In this document: piece by piece, positions 48,005-61,238 of the stretch
How positions within the stretch are numbered: the stretch's first letter is position 1
Layout of the letters: each line of letters begins with the position of its first letter
Origin: an uncultured Pseudobdellovibrionaceae bacterium
GTDB taxonomy: Bacteria; Bdellovibrionota; Bdellovibrionia; Bdellovibrionales; UBA1609
Direction: 5' to 3'
DNA: 64,000 nucleotides
Assembly: GCA_963803705.1 (NCBI GenBank)
Contig: CAWDNU010000001.1
Location: forward strand, 320,001 to 384,000
The notes under the pieces: generated by a model
The model's database searches: none
Told to the model about the DNA's origin: nothing
The model's input: the letters and a program-made list of their open reading frames with translations, nothing else
Translations under genes and position numbers: made by a program

Positions 48005-49683
48005 ACACGCGATTTTCATTTAGAGATAGACCTCAAGTTTTGAAAGCAGCGCAGAATGAAACCTACGATTTGATTGTTATCGGCGGAGGAATAAACGGAG
48101 CTGGTGTAGCCAGGGATGCAGCTCGAAGGGGCTTGTCAGTACTATGTTTGGAGCAATCTGACTTAGCCTCTGGTACAAGCTCAAGGTCTTCTAAGTTGGC
48201 ACATGGTGGACTTCGATACTTAGAAAATTTTGAATTTCGATTAGTGTTCGAAGCCTTAAACGAAAGAAATCACATGTTGAAAGCAGCGCCTCATATGGTT
48301 CATCCTTTAGAATTTATTCTGCCAATGTACCATGGCGACCGCGTCTCTCCACTAAAAATGAAGATGGGCATGTTGCTCTACGATATGCTTGCGCTCTTTA
48401 GAGCTCCTAAGGCACATAGTTTTTTGGGACCAGCTAAAACCATTGCCAGGGTAAAGAATTTGAATGCCAGAGGGTTGAAGGGGGCATTCGCCTATTCTGA
48501 CGCTTACATGGATGACGATAGATTAGTGTTTGAAATTGCAAGGGACGCCAACAGATTTGATGCACACTTTTTGACCTACTTTGAAGTGTTGGGCTCTGTA
48601 GCAGAAAGTTTGGACACGCCTGTCAAAACTTTAAGAGCAAAGGACCTTATCTCTGGAGATACACACCTATTTAAGGGACGACATATTATGACCACCGTCG
48701 GACCGTGGACTGATAAAGTTGCATCAAAGCTTTTGCCCGACTGGCATCCTAGAATGAGGCCCACTAAGGGTGTTCACTTAACTTTAAGTCGCCTTGATTT
48801 TCCATTGGACGACGCCGTGGTAATGGCGGCAGATAAGCAAAAACGGATTATTTTCGCGATCCCTAGACAGGAAATGGTCATTATTGGAACAACTGATACT
48901 GATTTTAAAGCAGACCCATCGGATGTTAACGCAAGCTCCGAGGATGTTGATTATTTAATTAATATATTGGAAGAGTATTTTCCATTGGCAAAAATAGATC
49001 GATCAAAGGTTATCGCTAGCTACAGCGGCGTCAGGCCTCTGGTTGATGATAGCGGACATAGAGATGTAGTATCTGAAAGCAAAGTGAGTCGCGACCATGT
49101 CATTGTCTCTGACAAAAGAGGCTTTACATTTTTGATGGGCGGTAAATATACAACTTATCGCCTAATGTGCGAAGAGGCAGTTGACGAGGCCTTAAAACAC
49201 TTCACGAAAGCTGAAAGAAAGTCTTTCAGGAAATGTTCCACCAAAGATTTGCTAAACCCAAAAATTAATTTGGACTCTTATACTAATGCATTAAGAAGAG
49301 TTGATGTGTTGGCTGAAAAGCATAATTTAAGCCATATACAAACAAAAATGCTAGTAGAACGCCACGGCCCTGAAGCAAATGATATTTTGGAAGCAGGTTC
49401 ATTTGATTATGTTTGGGAGTACGAGGCTAAACACGCTTTAGAGCAAACCTGCTGCGCAAATCTTTTAGACTTTTATACCCGTAGAGTGCCTTTGTTTCTG
49501 GGAAAAAGGGATCATGGTTTTAAATTTTTAAAACGTGTCGGCGTTATTTTTCAGAAGTACTTTGAATGGAATGATGAGCAGTTGTCCCTGGAGATACAAA
49601 AAGTTTTTGACCACTCCAAGTCAGAACTATCTTGGAAGGATTTGACTGATGTCCCAACCCCAGACAAAATAGACTATATTTGA
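47992..49683 (+). CDS. glpD: FAD-dependent glycerol-3-phosphate dehydrogenase
   Basis: IGGGINGAGVARDAA.RG, GTSSRSSKLAHGGLRYLE, GTTDT, SGVRPL, GGKYTTYR. Confidence 0.93.
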   Translation: MASLNTRFSFRDRPQVLKAAQNETYDLIVIGGGINGAGVARDAARRGLSVLCLEQSDLASGTSSRSSKLAHGGLRYLENFEFRLVFEALNERNHMLKAAPHMVHPLEFILPMYHGDRVSPLKMKMGMLLYDMLALFRAPKAHSFLGPAKTIARVKNLNARGLKGAFAYSDAYMDDDRLVFEIARDANRFDAHFLTYFEVLGSVAESLDTPVKTLRAKDLISGDTHLFKGRHIMTTVGPWTDKVASKLLPDWHPRMRPTKGVHLTLSRLDFPLDDAVVMAADKQKRIIFAIPRQEMVIIGTTDTDFKADPSDVNASSEDVDYLINILEEYFPLAKIDRSKVIASYSGVRPLVDDSGHRDVVSESKVSRDHVIVSDKRGFTFLMGGKYTTYRLMCEEAVDEALKHFTKAERKSFRKCSTKDLLNPKINLDSYTNALRRVDVLAEKHNLSHIQTKMLVERHGPEANDILEAGSFDYVWEYEAKHALEQTCCANLLDFYTRRVPLFLGKRDHGFKFLKRVGVIFQKYFEWNDEQLSLEIQKVFDHSKSELSWKDLTDVPTPDKIDYI

Positions 49684-49759
49684 AAGCTATTGAGTTTGGT
49701 CGAAGAAGGGTTCAGACTAAGACTTAAATCAGTAGCGTATTCAACAAAGGGACTGCTAA

Positions 49760-51266
<1,507 letters not shown>

Positions 51267-51267
<1 letters not shown>

Positions 51268-51680
51268 TGAGCATGGAACCACGTATGCCTAGAAGCAGAT
51301 TGTCGCCTCCGCCTCGGGAGATGTCAGAGTTTTTTTTCGAGCAGAGACTGTATGATTTCACAAATAAAAAATTGTCACCTTTTTTGACAGAAGACATGAA
51401 GAAGTACATGGATGATAATATGGAAGCCAAGGAAAAAGTTGGAGCAATGCTACTGGCTTTCGAATATTTTAATGCTATTTCAGAAATTAAACTTGAATAT
51501 GATAAATCAGAATTTTTGAATTACAGAAAAACTTGGTTCAAAAGTTTAAAAGCCAACTTAAAAATCATCTGTTTTGTAATTCTCTTTTTTGCATTTTTTC
51601 TGGGTTTACTTCTAAATTTGACCGAAGTTGTTCAATTTTTTTCGCCTTATTTTGAAACGCTCAAGCAAGTGGTGCGTTAG
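51267..51680 (+). CDS. Single-TM anti-sigma-like protein
   Basis: LYDF..KKL...MKKYM segment resembles the ZAS fold without His/Cys ligands; C-terminal TM helix. Confidence 0.45.
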
Positions 51681-51738
51681 TCTGCAGAATTTATTTCTTA
51701 TGGTTACATAAAATTTAGTTGTTTTAAGATGATTCAAG

Positions 51739-52329
51739 TTGGTTAAGCTAGCTAAAGAACGGTTAGATAATGCCGATAAAGCACTGATGGAAAGAAAATT
51801 AAGAAAAAAAAATAATCACGATATCATCCAAGCCTTGGCTCTGTTCAGTCTGGTTTTTTTCGGTTTTTACTTTGTTTTCTCGTCTATCAATTTTGAATCT
51901 TATGACGAAGACTCTGTCGATATTGTTGCTCTTGACAGGAAGGTTGATAAAGCCGTTAACAAAAGTTTACGCAAAGCTTTTGGTAAAACTCAGTTAAGGG
52001 ATCTAGAGGTGAATACAGAAAGAGTAAACTTAACTCATAAATTTAAAGAAAGGTTTCAAGAAGATTCAAAAGCTTGGTTGCCCGTGACAAAAGACTCGAC
52101 TGACTTGTACGAAGAAGATATGTCTAGCAATGAAATAAATCTGTCTTCTTTGTCCGTAGAGGCGCAGCTTAGAGATCAAATAACCGCAAAGAAAGAATCT
52201 GAAAAACAAAACGAACGGCAAAAGAAAGAATACATTAAAGCCTACAAAGAGAACGCAAAAAAAGACGGTTGGGTGGTTGAACTAAATGATAATTTAGAAG
52301 TAATTTCTGCTAAGCCCACAAAGTTTTAA
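51739..52329 (+). CDS. Membrane-anchored hypothetical protein
   Basis: One TM helix near the N-terminus; coiled C-terminus ending YKENAKKDGWVVELNDNLEVIS. Confidence 0.65.
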   Translation: MVKLAKERLDNADKALMERKLRKKNNHDIIQALALFSLVFFGFYFVFSSINFESYDEDSVDIVALDRKVDKAVNKSLRKAFGKTQLRDLEVNTERVNLTHKFKERFQEDSKAWLPVTKDSTDLYEEDMSSNEINLSSLSVEAQLRDQITAKKESEKQNERQKKEYIKAYKENAKKDGWVVELNDNLEVISAKPTKF

Positions 52330-52336
52330 GCAGGTC

Positions 52337-52527
52337 TTTCTGCTTCCAGCAGTGCTACTGTCTAGCGCTCATCTTGCGCTTTTCCTGCTTCCAGCAGTGC
52401 TACTGTCTAGCGCTCTTTACTCGCGCTTTTCCTGCTTCCAGCAGTGCTACTGTCTAGCGCTCATCTCGCGCTTTTCCTGCTTCCAGCAGTGCTGCTGTCT
52501 AGCGCTCTTCACTCGCGCTTTTCTGCT
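52337..52527. repeat. Four tandem 45-47-bp hairpin units
   Basis: TGCTTCCAGCAGTGCT starts at 52341, 52386, 52433 and 52478. Confidence 0.92.
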
Positions 52528-52891
52528 GGATAAAACCTTCATCTAAAAATGAAAAGTAGGATTTAGACCCTAGAATAATGTGATCGGCAATTTCTAAGTC
52601 CAAGACTCTGCCAAGGTCCAAAAGCTGTTTAGTTATTCGCAGGTCTTCTTTCGAAGGATATATGTCTGAAGATCTTGGATGAGAATGTGCGATGATGATT
52701 TGATCGGCGTTGTGCAAGAAACCTAACTTAAAAATTTCTCTTGGATATATTTTGCACTTTCTCAGAGTACCCATGAAAAGCACTTCGCAGAAGATGATCT
52801 CTTTTTTTAAGTTTAGTCCCAATGCCCAGAATTCTTCGCGCTCGAATTTAATTTTTGGACGTAATTTTTTATATACAACCTGGCTATTCAT
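52499..52891 (-). CDS. RadC-like JAB/MPN domain protein
   Basis: REEFW, YPREIF, AHSHPRSSDIYPSKED, DHIILG. Confidence 0.85.
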   Translation of the reverse strand: MNSQVVYKKLRPKIKFEREEFWALGLNLKKEIIFCEVLFMGTLRKCKIYPREIFKLGFLHNADQIIIAHSHPRSSDIYPSKEDLRITKQLLDLGRVLDLEIADHIILGSKSYFSFLDEGFIQQKSASEER

Positions 52892-53043
52892 AAAACCCTT
52901 TGTTGATATCTGGGTTTCAAGAAACGTATTTAATCAAAACTAGTAGGATGGATTTGGTACAAATGTGCCCGGAATGCAAATGACATAATTTCTAGAACAG
53001 CACTGGAAACAATACTGTTCAGTTGGTAACGTGAATTAGTCCC

Positions 53044-53607
53044 TTAAGCAGGGCCTAAACTTTTATTTGAATTTGGCAAATCAGGAAGTTTGTCAGAAAG
53101 GTCGCTTTCGGTGTAGTCTCCGTCTTGAAATGAGCTTGCAGCGTTAGCGACTCTTTTTTCTAGTGTCTGCTTCATATCATCGAAGCTAGGCTTTAAATCT
53201 TTTGTAGAGGTTGGAGTAGAAACCATAACTTGCTGTGGTTTTTGGTTTAAATATTGTTCTTTTGGAAAAGCCCCAAGTTTGGCAAGAAAGGCAGAAATGC
53301 TTCCATTTTCATGTTGGATTACGTCTCTTAATGTTGCAAGAGGTGCGTAATGTGCAGATTTCTTTTCGGCCTCAAAAATAATTTGAGTAAGTGTAGCTGC
53401 AGTGATGTCATTTTTAGTTTTATTATCAATAACAATTACATCCTCGTTAGCACGAATCATTTTTGCAATATCATCAAGCGTGACATAGCAGCTCTGTTGC
53501 GTGTCATAAAGCTTTCTATTTTGATATCTTTTCACTATTTTGGCTCTGTATTTCGAGCCCTCTACTGCGCTATTTAACCCTTGATTCACATGTCCTCCCT
53601 TAGTCAC
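53044..53607 (-). CDS. PhaR-like DNA-binding domain protein
   Basis: IVKRYQNRKLYDTQQSCYVTLDDI...DIT..TLTQIIFE; TTGACA-N18-TATGTT promoter at 53700-53671. Confidence 0.8.
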   Translation of the reverse strand: MTKGGHVNQGLNSAVEGSKYRAKIVKRYQNRKLYDTQQSCYVTLDDIAKMIRANEDVIVIDNKTKNDITAATLTQIIFEAEKKSAHYAPLATLRDVIQHENGSISAFLAKLGAFPKEQYLNQKPQQVMVSTPTSTKDLKPSFDDMKQTLEKRVANAASSFQDGDYTESDLSDKLPDLPNSNKSLGPA

Positions 53608-53890
53608 AAACCCTCTGTATTAGCACTACAGATAGGTTTACAAATCACGTGTGCATACATTACGAGCTGCAACATATAGTGGAGTGCCAAAATGTGTCAA
53701 CAACTTTGCCTACCCCAAATGTATCTAAACAACCCTGTTTTGCTAAGCTAGCAAGCATAAGTAAGAGTTTTTAAGAATTTAAAATAAGTTTGCTAGCTCA
53801 AGGTCTAGATTCTGTCAATTATGTCTCATATGCGTGCAGTCGGTAAATTCTGTCTTTCAGTATCATTAAGGCCGAACCGATTAATAAGTC

Positions 53891-55606
53891 ATGATTTTGG
53901 TAGCTAAACACCTTATGAAAATTTCAATTCTAACGGTCATAGCTTTACAAATTGCGTGCGTTTCGAATGAACTAAATTCTGATACTTCTACACCAGTTAC
54001 CGCGAGTTTGAATGAAGCCGCGAAAAAAGATTATCTGGTCTTAAGATCGGATATGCATTCAATGAAAGGTGATTGGTTAAAGGCCCAGATGGATTTGGAG
54101 CAGGCCTTGGAAATAAGCTCGTCTGGTGAACTAGAGCTAAGGTACGCACTAGTTTTAGCACAGCGCGGACAATTTGATATCGCTGAAAAGAAGTTAGAAC
54201 AGCTATTACAGCAAGAAGATATGAGCACCAATGTCGAAGCATATTTAGCTTACGGCGAGGTGTTGGCGTTGCAAAATAAAGCTCAAGAGTCTTTGGTTGC
54301 TTACAAAAAAGCTTTAGCTCTAGACATAAAAAACTATAAAGCGATTATTTTTTTAGGAGCCATTTATTCTCAACTAAAAGAATACACTTTGGCTAAGCAG
54401 TATTTCGGTAGACTAAGAAATATAGAAGATTATAAACATTTGTCTGGATACTATTTAGGACGTCTAAATCAACAATTGGAGTATTATGCAACATCGGAAA
54501 AATACTTTGAGGCTTGTCTAGAAATAAAGCCTGATTTTACAGATTGCATATTTTCTTTAGTTGATAGTTTAACTCTACAAAAAAAATTCAATAAAGCTGT
54601 AGAAAAGTTAGATGTTTTTGTGGAAAACAATCCTGACTCTGACAGAGCCTTTGCAAAGCTATACGACTTACACCTTGAGCTTGGTCATCAGGACAAGGCT
54701 TTTGAACAACTTGTTCAGCTAGAACGATTTGAGCCACAAAATAGGTTTATCAAGATGCAAATGGCTTTGCACTTAGTTGAAAAAAATGATTCTAAAGCCG
54801 CAATTTCAAAGCTAAAAGAAATCGCAGCCTTAAGCCCAAAATTTGGAAAGACATACTTTTTGCTGTCGACAATTTATGAACGAGAAGGCGATGAAGAGAA
54901 AGCGCAATTTTACTATTCAAAAATCGCTAAAAATCAACCAATATATATAGACGCAAGTATCCAAAGAGCAAAAGATATTGAATCAAAAGCAGGGTTTGAA
55001 CCTGCTTTGAACTTTTTGAAAAAAGTCGACAACACATCTTTCGATTCCCGAGTCATGTTGTATATTGCTATTTTACAAAACAAGCTGGGTTTAGTGGACC
55101 AAAGTATTAAAACGTTAAGGAAAACCGTAAAACAAAATCCTGAAGACGTTCAAGTGATGTACTTTTTAGGGCATCTTGAGGGCGAGGCCGGGCAGCTAGG
55201 ACGCGCGATAGTAAACATGAAGAATGTTTTAAAATTAGATCCAGAGCATTCGGACGCACTAAATTATTTAGCGTTCTACTATGCAGATAGTAATATTTTA
55301 TTAGACGAAGCTGAAAAGCTGTCTAAAAAGGCGTTGAAACTAAAACCAGAAGACGGGCACTACAAAGACACAATGGGTTGGATCTATTTTAGGAAGGGGC
55401 AGTTTGAATTGGCCCAGAAATACTTAGAGCAAGCTTATAGCTTGAATCCTGAAGAGCCAGTTATTGCAGAACACCTAGCCGCCGTGTACTCTGTGAAAGG
55501 TCTTAAAGATAAGGCTAAACAGGTTTATACAAATCTTATAGAAAAAGGGATTGGCGATCGTGATAAATTACAAAGGCAAATCAACTCAATTTCGGTTCAA
55601 AAATAA
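53891..55606 (+). CDS. TPR-repeat (lipo)protein
   Basis: IAC lipobox-like; many TPRs; ALNYLAF...DTMGWIYF...EHL. Confidence 0.85.
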   Translation: MILVAKHLMKISILTVIALQIACVSNELNSDTSTPVTASLNEAAKKDYLVLRSDMHSMKGDWLKAQMDLEQALEISSSGELELRYALVLAQRGQFDIAEKKLEQLLQQEDMSTNVEAYLAYGEVLALQNKAQESLVAYKKALALDIKNYKAIIFLGAIYSQLKEYTLAKQYFGRLRNIEDYKHLSGYYLGRLNQQLEYYATSEKYFEACLEIKPDFTDCIFSLVDSLTLQKKFNKAVEKLDVFVENNPDSDRAFAKLYDLHLELGHQDKAFEQLVQLERFEPQNRFIKMQMALHLVEKNDSKAAISKLKEIAALSPKFGKTYFLLSTIYEREGDEEKAQFYYSKIAKNQPIYIDASIQRAKDIESKAGFEPALNFLKKVDNTSFDSRVMLYIAILQNKLGLVDQSIKTLRKTVKQNPEDVQVMYFLGHLEGEAGQLGRAIVNMKNVLKLDPEHSDALNYLAFYYADSNILLDEAEKLSKKALKLKPEDGHYKDTMGWIYFRKGQFELAQKYLEQAYSLNPEEPVIAEHLAAVYSVKGLKDKAKQVYTNLIEKGIGDRDKLQRQINSISVQK

Positions 55607-56270
55607 ATTATCTTTTTTAGCTCTTTCAACCCTCATGTTATCAAGCTTGCTTTTTTCAGGCTGTCAGACGACTCCATCCGGCGGATTAAATGCTAATGCT
55701 ATAAATAAACCTTCTTATTGGGTGTTTAAAACAAACATATACAGCTCGCAAAAAAATAAGAATATTTCAGGTTATACCCATGTGACCTATATGAATCCCA
55801 AATTACTAAGGCTTGATATTTATGGTCCACTAGGTTTAATAAATGCAGGTTCGTTAGTATACAAAGGCGAAAATTTTCAGGCACTGATGCCGTTTAAGAA
55901 ACAATACTTTTTCGGAACGGCAACTTCTAAATCAATGGAAAAAATTTTAAAATCCCCAATAGAGCCTGGACTACTTGTTGATCTTATTTTTCAACGAAAG
56001 CCTTTGGGTCAAAACTGGGTGTGCAACAAGGATGAACAAGGATTTTTAAGGGACTGTCGAAATAGTATTTCAAATATAGGTATTGTTTGGAAGAAAAATA
56101 TTTCTAAGACCGACGGTCAAGTTATCGTTAGCCATAGTCAGGGCGAGCTGGATCTGAATTTGAGATCGAGCAAATATATTGAAATGCTACCCGATGAAAA
56201 ATTTATCCTTACAGCCCCAAGATCTTACTCAAAGTATAAGGTTGATGAGAAAGGGATCCAAAAGCTATAG
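55551..56270 (+). CDS. LolB-like lipoprotein
   Basis: FSGC lipobox; LRLDIYGPLG motif; follows the TPR gene. Confidence 0.6.
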   Translation: MAIVINYKGKSTQFRFKNKLSFLALSTLMLSSLLFSGCQTTPSGGLNANAINKPSYWVFKTNIYSSQKNKNISGYTHVTYMNPKLLRLDIYGPLGLINAGSLVYKGENFQALMPFKKQYFFGTATSKSMEKILKSPIEPGLLVDLIFQRKPLGQNWVCNKDEQGFLRDCRNSISNIGIVWKKNISKTDGQVIVSHSQGELDLNLRSSKYIEMLPDEKFILTAPRSYSKYKVDEKGIQKL

Positions 56271-56630
56271 CCGTAATTTTTTTTATAGATCCAGCTAGCA
56301 CAGAAAAGGTTTCGAAAGAATTTAGATCATTCAATCCGAGCACATCTATATTTACAATTTTTATATGACTTAAGTCTTGAATCCAAGGCTTGGTTAATTT
56401 TATAGGATTTTTAATATTCCACCTCTAACGCAAAATAGAGCTGTTGCTGTTTCTTACGTTGATACGCGAAAGATAATACGTCCCATAATTATACTTTTGA
56501 TTAGCTATTGATTTAATTTGTCTGTTCTAAGCTTTCAGCATTTGAGATTTGTTCGAATAGGAAGGATAATAAGAGATGGCTTAAATTTAAGCCTAAGGTT
56601 ATTAAAATCTAAAAAAGGGGATGTAAGTCG

Positions 56631-58724
56631 ATGAGTTCTCGAAATTTCAAAGAAATCTTAGAAGCCACAGAATTACAAAGTAAATTCAAAGATCTAAGTT
56701 GGTCTGGAACTTTTGACGATTATCTAAATATTGTTAGAAAAAACCCCCTAGTTACAAGAAACGCTTTTCAACGACTTTACGATATCGTTAGCGAAAAGGG
56801 TTATTCTAATTACATCGATGCAAAAAAAGAAGTGTTTCATTACAATTTTTTTGATGACCCAGATAACAACGGGAAAGATGCTGTCTTTGGATTAGACGTT
56901 CCATTAATGAAATTAGTCAATGTGATCAAAGCAGCCTCTTTAGGTTACGGGACCGAAAAAAGAGTAATCTTGCTCCACGGCCCAGTGGGAAGCGCTAAAT
57001 CGACGATAGTTAGGATGATGAAAAAGGGCGTCGAACAGTATTCTAGAACAGAAAAAGGAGCACTATATTGCTTCGACTGGATTGACCACGACGGTGAACA
57101 TCCAGAAATCTTCGGTGAAGGCGTCAGAGAATTCCCAAGCCCAATGCACGAGGATCCATTACTACTTATTCCAGAAGATATGAGATCGCGTTTTTTAACT
57201 GAATTGAACGGTGATTCCCAGCAGCTTAGTAAAAATTCGGATCACCTTATCAAAATCGACGGCGAGCTTTGTCCTCCTAGTCGATTTATCTTCAAAAAGC
57301 TTTTAGATAAGTATGATGGTGATCTAATAAAAATTTTTAAGCACATAAGAGTTAAGAGGTTAGTGTTAAGCGAGGCTGATAGAATCGGCATCGGCACGTT
57401 TCAACCAAAAGACGAAAAAAACCAAGATAGCACTGAGCTAACTGGCGATATAAACTACAGAAAAATAGCTCAGTATGGCTCTGACTCGGATCCCAGAGCA
57501 TTTAATTTCGATGGCGAATTCAACATCGCTAATCGTGGAATTATAGAATTCGTTGAAGTCCTTAAACTTGATGTAGCCTTTTTGTATGATTTACTAGGGG
57601 CTTCACAAGAGCATAGAGTTAAACCGAAAAAATTTGCTCAGACCCACATAGATGAAGTTATTATAGGTCACACCAATGAGCCAGAATATAGAAAACTTCA
57701 GGACAATGAATTCATGGAGGCTCTAAGAGACAGAACTGTAAAAATAGACATACCCTACATCACAAAGCATTCTTATGAAGTCGAAGTTTATAAAAGAGAC
57801 TTTAATTCCAGATTATTAAAAGGCGTTTCAATTGCTCCACATACCATTGAAATGGCAGCTATGTGGGCCATTTTAACGAGATTAGAAAAGCCGAAGAAGG
57901 CGAATCTAAACCGGTTGCAAAAACTTAAACTCTATAATGGTCAAACTTTATCAAATTACACAGAAGACAATATAAAGGAACTTAGAAAAGAGGCTAAACG
58001 TGAGGGCCTAAGCGGAATATCAGCTAGATACATCCAAGATAAAATTTCGAATGCGATAATTTTAGCGCAGCAGTCAAATAAAGGTTCAGTGAATCCATTT
58101 ATGGTGATGAATGAATTGGAGTCTGGCTTAAAAAGTCACTCATTAATTTCAAACGAAGACCTAAAGCAAGATTACAGAGAGCTGCTTGCAATTGTAAGAC
58201 AAGAGTATGAAGAGATTATTAAACTTGAGGTGCAAAAGGCAATTAGTTCTGATGAAAGCGCCCTTCAAGCTTTATGTTCAAATTATGTCGACAATATCAA
58301 AGCTTACACTCAAAGAGTAAAGGTCAAAAATGCATCTGGTATCGTCGAAGAGCCAGATGAAAGATTAATGCGATCAATTGAAGACAAAATTGATATCCCT
58401 GAATCCAGAAAAGACGACTTTAGGCGAGAGATCATGAATTACATTGGGGCGATAGATATCGAAGGTAGAAAGTTTGACTATAAGACAAACGAAAGACTTT
58501 ATACAGCTTTAGAGCTAAAACTTTTTGAAGATCAAAGGGATAGCATTAAGCTAACAACCCAAGTGCATTCGGCAATCGATCGTGAATCTCGAGAAAAAAT
58601 TGATCTGATCAAAACTGTTCTTATCAAAAACTATGGCTATGACGAAATCTCGGCTGTGGATGTACTAGATCACGTTGCTAGTATTTTTGCGCGGGGGGAC
58701 GTCAAAGATCCAGAAAAGAAGTAG
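56631..58724 (+). CDS. prkA: PrkA/YeaG family AAA+ serine protein kinase
   Basis: [45 protein letters not shown]. Confidence 0.93.
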   Translation: MSSRNFKEILEATELQSKFKDLSWSGTFDDYLNIVRKNPLVTRNAFQRLYDIVSEKGYSNYIDAKKEVFHYNFFDDPDNNGKDAVFGLDVPLMKLVNVIKAASLGYGTEKRVILLHGPVGSAKSTIVRMMKKGVEQYSRTEKGALYCFDWIDHDGEHPEIFGEGVREFPSPMHEDPLLLIPEDMRSRFLTELNGDSQQLSKNSDHLIKIDGELCPPSRFIFKKLLDKYDGDLIKIFKHIRVKRLVLSEADRIGIGTFQPKDEKNQDSTELTGDINYRKIAQYGSDSDPRAFNFDGEFNIANRGIIEFVEVLKLDVAFLYDLLGASQEHRVKPKKFAQTHIDEVIIGHTNEPEYRKLQDNEFMEALRDRTVKIDIPYITKHSYEVEVYKRDFNSRLLKGVSIAPHTIEMAAMWAILTRLEKPKKANLNRLQKLKLYNGQTLSNYTEDNIKELRKEAKREGLSGISARYIQDKISNAIILAQQSNKGSVNPFMVMNELESGLKSHSLISNEDLKQDYRELLAIVRQEYEEIIKLEVQKAISSDESALQALCSNYVDNIKAYTQRVKVKNASGIVEEPDERLMRSIEDKIDIPESRKDDFRREIMNYIGAIDIEGRKFDYKTNERLYTALELKLFEDQRDSIKLTTQVHSAIDRESREKIDLIKTVLIKNYGYDEISAVDVLDHVASIFARGDVKDPEKK

Positions 58725-58764
58725 CTAATTTATAAACAAATTTTTCAAAAAATGGGGATGCCAT

Positions 58765-59868
58765 TTGGGAATTCAATCTGACCACTCTAGATTTAAAGAT
58801 ATTATTCGAGGAAAAATCAAGGAGGATTTTAAAAAATATATCACCCATGAAGAGATGATTGGACGACAAGAAAATGACTACGTTAAGATTCCTATACCTA
58901 AAATAAAAATTCCTAAGTTTGTATATGGTCCTAAGCAAAGCGGTGGTGTAGGCCAAGGTCAAGGTAAGCCTGGTGATCCCATGGGAGAAGCGGGTCAAGA
59001 AGCTTCCGGTGAAGGTCCAGCAGGCGACTCTGAAGGCGAGCACCATATTGAAGTAGAAATGAGCTTCGATGAGCTTGCAGAGATTCTAGGCGAAGAGTTA
59101 CAGCTACCTAATATTTTACCGAAGGGCAAAAAAGTGATTCAAAGTGAGTCACAGAAATATAAAAGTATATCTAATGTTGGTCCTCAGGGCTTGCGCCACT
59201 TCAAACGAACCTACAAAGAGGCGCTGAAGAGGTATATCTCTACAGATCAGTACGACCCCAATGATCCAATTTTAGTTCCAATAAAGAAAGATATGCGCTT
59301 TCGCTCGCCTAAACTTACAACTTCGCCGCAGTCAAACGCCGTGGTTATTTATATGATGGATGTTTCAGGCTCAATGGGTGAAGAGCAAAAACGAATAGTT
59401 CGTTTGGAAAGTTTTTGGATCAACACTTGGCTAAAGAAAAACTACAAAGGTTTAGAAAATAGATTCATTATCCATGATGCCTCCGCGAAAGAAGTTGATG
59501 AAGATACATTTTTTAAAACCAGTGAATCTGGTGGAACTTTAATTAGTTCAGCTTATAAAAAATGTCTAGAAATAATAGATCAAGATTATCCGATCAACGA
59601 CTGGAATATATATACATTTCACTTTAGTGATGGTGACAATTGGAGCGGTGAAGATACTAAACTTTGTCTAGACATTTTAAAAACTAAATTTTTACCGATC
59701 GTTAATATGTTTGGTTACGGTCAGGTAGAGTCTAAATATGGAAGTGGACAATTTATTAAAGATTTAAACCAGCATTTCGACTTAGAAGAAAGAATAATTA
59801 GAAGTCATATAAAAGATCGAACAAAAATTATAAAATCTATAAAAGAGTTTTTAGGAAAAGGACATTAA
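58765..59868 (+). CDS. yeaH: YeaH/DUF444 family protein
   Basis: GVGQG.G..GD, MMDVSGSM, ESGGTLISSAY, FHFSDGDNW. Confidence 0.9.
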   Translation: MGIQSDHSRFKDIIRGKIKEDFKKYITHEEMIGRQENDYVKIPIPKIKIPKFVYGPKQSGGVGQGQGKPGDPMGEAGQEASGEGPAGDSEGEHHIEVEMSFDELAEILGEELQLPNILPKGKKVIQSESQKYKSISNVGPQGLRHFKRTYKEALKRYISTDQYDPNDPILVPIKKDMRFRSPKLTTSPQSNAVVIYMMDVSGSMGEEQKRIVRLESFWINTWLKKNYKGLENRFIIHDASAKEVDEDTFFKTSESGGTLISSAYKKCLEIIDQDYPINDWNIYTFHFSDGDNWSGEDTKLCLDILKTKFLPIVNMFGYGQVESKYGSGQFIKDLNQHFDLEERIIRSHIKDRTKIIKSIKEFLGKGH

Positions 59869-61238
59869 TGGCAAATATTTCTGAAGAGCTTGCAAATTAC
59901 CAGAAGGATATCAAAAAAATTGCTAAGGTTTATGGGTTGGATTTTTTTGAAACTGTGTTTGAAATGGTTGATTACAGCCAAATGAATCAGATTGCGGCTT
60001 ATGGTGGCTTTCCAATTCGCTATCCCCATTGGCGGTTTGGAATGGAGTACGAAGGTTTATCCAAAGGTTATGAATACGGTTTATCTAAGATTTATGAACT
60101 TGTGATTAACAATGACCCTTGTTACGCATACTTGTTAGAGGGAAACTCTACAACTGACCAAAAGCTTGTCATGGCTCATGTGTATGGGCATTGTGATTTT
60201 TTTAAAAACAATAAATGGTTCGAAAATACAGATAGAAAAATGATGGACACCATGGGCAATCACGCTTCAAGGGTTAGACGACATATAGATAAGCATGGTA
60301 TCGAAACGGTAGAAAAATTTATTGATATATGCTTAAGCCTAGAAAATTTGATAGATCGGTATCGACCCTATGTAAAGGATTTAAATAAAAAATCTAATGA
60401 ACAAAATGGCTCTACTGAAAAAGATGTGCTCCTGTTTTTGATACAAAATGCAGAAACTGAAGATTGGAAGAAAGATATTATTCAAATAATAAGATCTGAG
60501 TCCTACTACTTTTCTCCGCAAGGAATGACAAAAATTATGAATGAGGGCTGGGCCTCCTACTGGCACGCCAAAATGATGACTCAAGATATCTGTAGAGATC
60601 ATGAAATTGTTCAGTTTGCAGATGTGCACAGTGGTACAATGTCTATGAATCCTAATGGATTTAATCCATACAAAATTGGCATTGAGCTTTTTAGAAATAT
60701 CGAAGATAGATGGAATAAAGGTCAATTTGGTAGGCAATGGTCTGAATGTGACGACCTACAAGAAAAAGCTGGTTGGAATTTAAATTTAGATGAAGGCCGA
60801 GAAAAAATTTTTCAAGTTCGAAGAGACTACAACGATGTTGGCTTTATAGATGAATTTCTTTCTGAAGAATTTTGTATTGAGCATAAGCTTTTCGTGTATA
60901 AATTTAACCGTAAGACGAACAAATATGAAGTTGATACAAGAGACTTCAAAGCTATAAAAAAAAAGCTACTTTTTCAATTGGCAAATTTCGGTCAACCGAT
61001 CATCAGTGCTGTAGATCACAATATGAATCAAAAGGGTGAGCTTTTATTGTCTCATCTTTTTGAAGGCGTAGAAATGCAACCAGATTATATGAAAGAGACT
61101 ATGACAAGGGTGTTTCAAATATGGGGTAAACCCGTCCACCTAGCAACTGTTTTAGATAAGGAGCCTAAAGTAGTTACATATAACGGTGAAGATTTTGAAA
61201 TTAAAGATTTTGATAAAGTTGTCACCGAAAACCTATGA
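59868..61238 (+). CDS. spoVR: SpoVR/YcgB family protein
   Basis: [53 protein letters not shown]. Confidence 0.93.
   Translation: MANISEELANYQKDIKKIAKVYGLDFFETVFEMVDYSQMNQIAAYGGFPIRYPHWRFGMEYEGLSKGYEYGLSKIYELVINNDPCYAYLLEGNSTTDQKLVMAHVYGHCDFFKNNKWFENTDRKMMDTMGNHASRVRRHIDKHGIETVEKFIDICLSLENLIDRYRPYVKDLNKKSNEQNGSTEKDVLLFLIQNAETEDWKKDIIQIIRSESYYFSPQGMTKIMNEGWASYWHAKMMTQDICRDHEIVQFADVHSGTMSMNPNGFNPYKIGIELFRNIEDRWNKGQFGRQWSECDDLQEKAGWNLNLDEGREKIFQVRRDYNDVGFIDEFLSEEFCIEHKLFVYKFNRKTNKYEVDTRDFKAIKKKLLFQLANFGQPIISAVDHNMNQKGELLLSHLFEGVEMQPDYMKETMTRVFQIWGKPVHLATVLDKEPKVVTYNGEDFEIKDFDKVVTENL

Noticed and set aside
52337..52527. Possible CRISPR mini-array
   Set aside because: Variable parts are only ~5-7 nt and alternate; there are no unique 25-40-nt spacers and no cas genes.
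52352..52546. 64-aa repetitive ORF, plus 21580..21885, 22057..22239 and 40210..40416
   Set aside because: By-products of repeats, the MITE or the 6S promoter region.
56478..56505. Chromosomal dif site (ACGTCCCATAA-TTATAC-TTTTGATTAGC)
   Set aside because: The left arm is plausible but the XerD arm departs strongly from TTATGTTAAAT.
56631..61238. prkA-yeaH-spoVR as a novel system
   Set aside because: It is a well-known conserved three-gene module; nothing atypical was seen.
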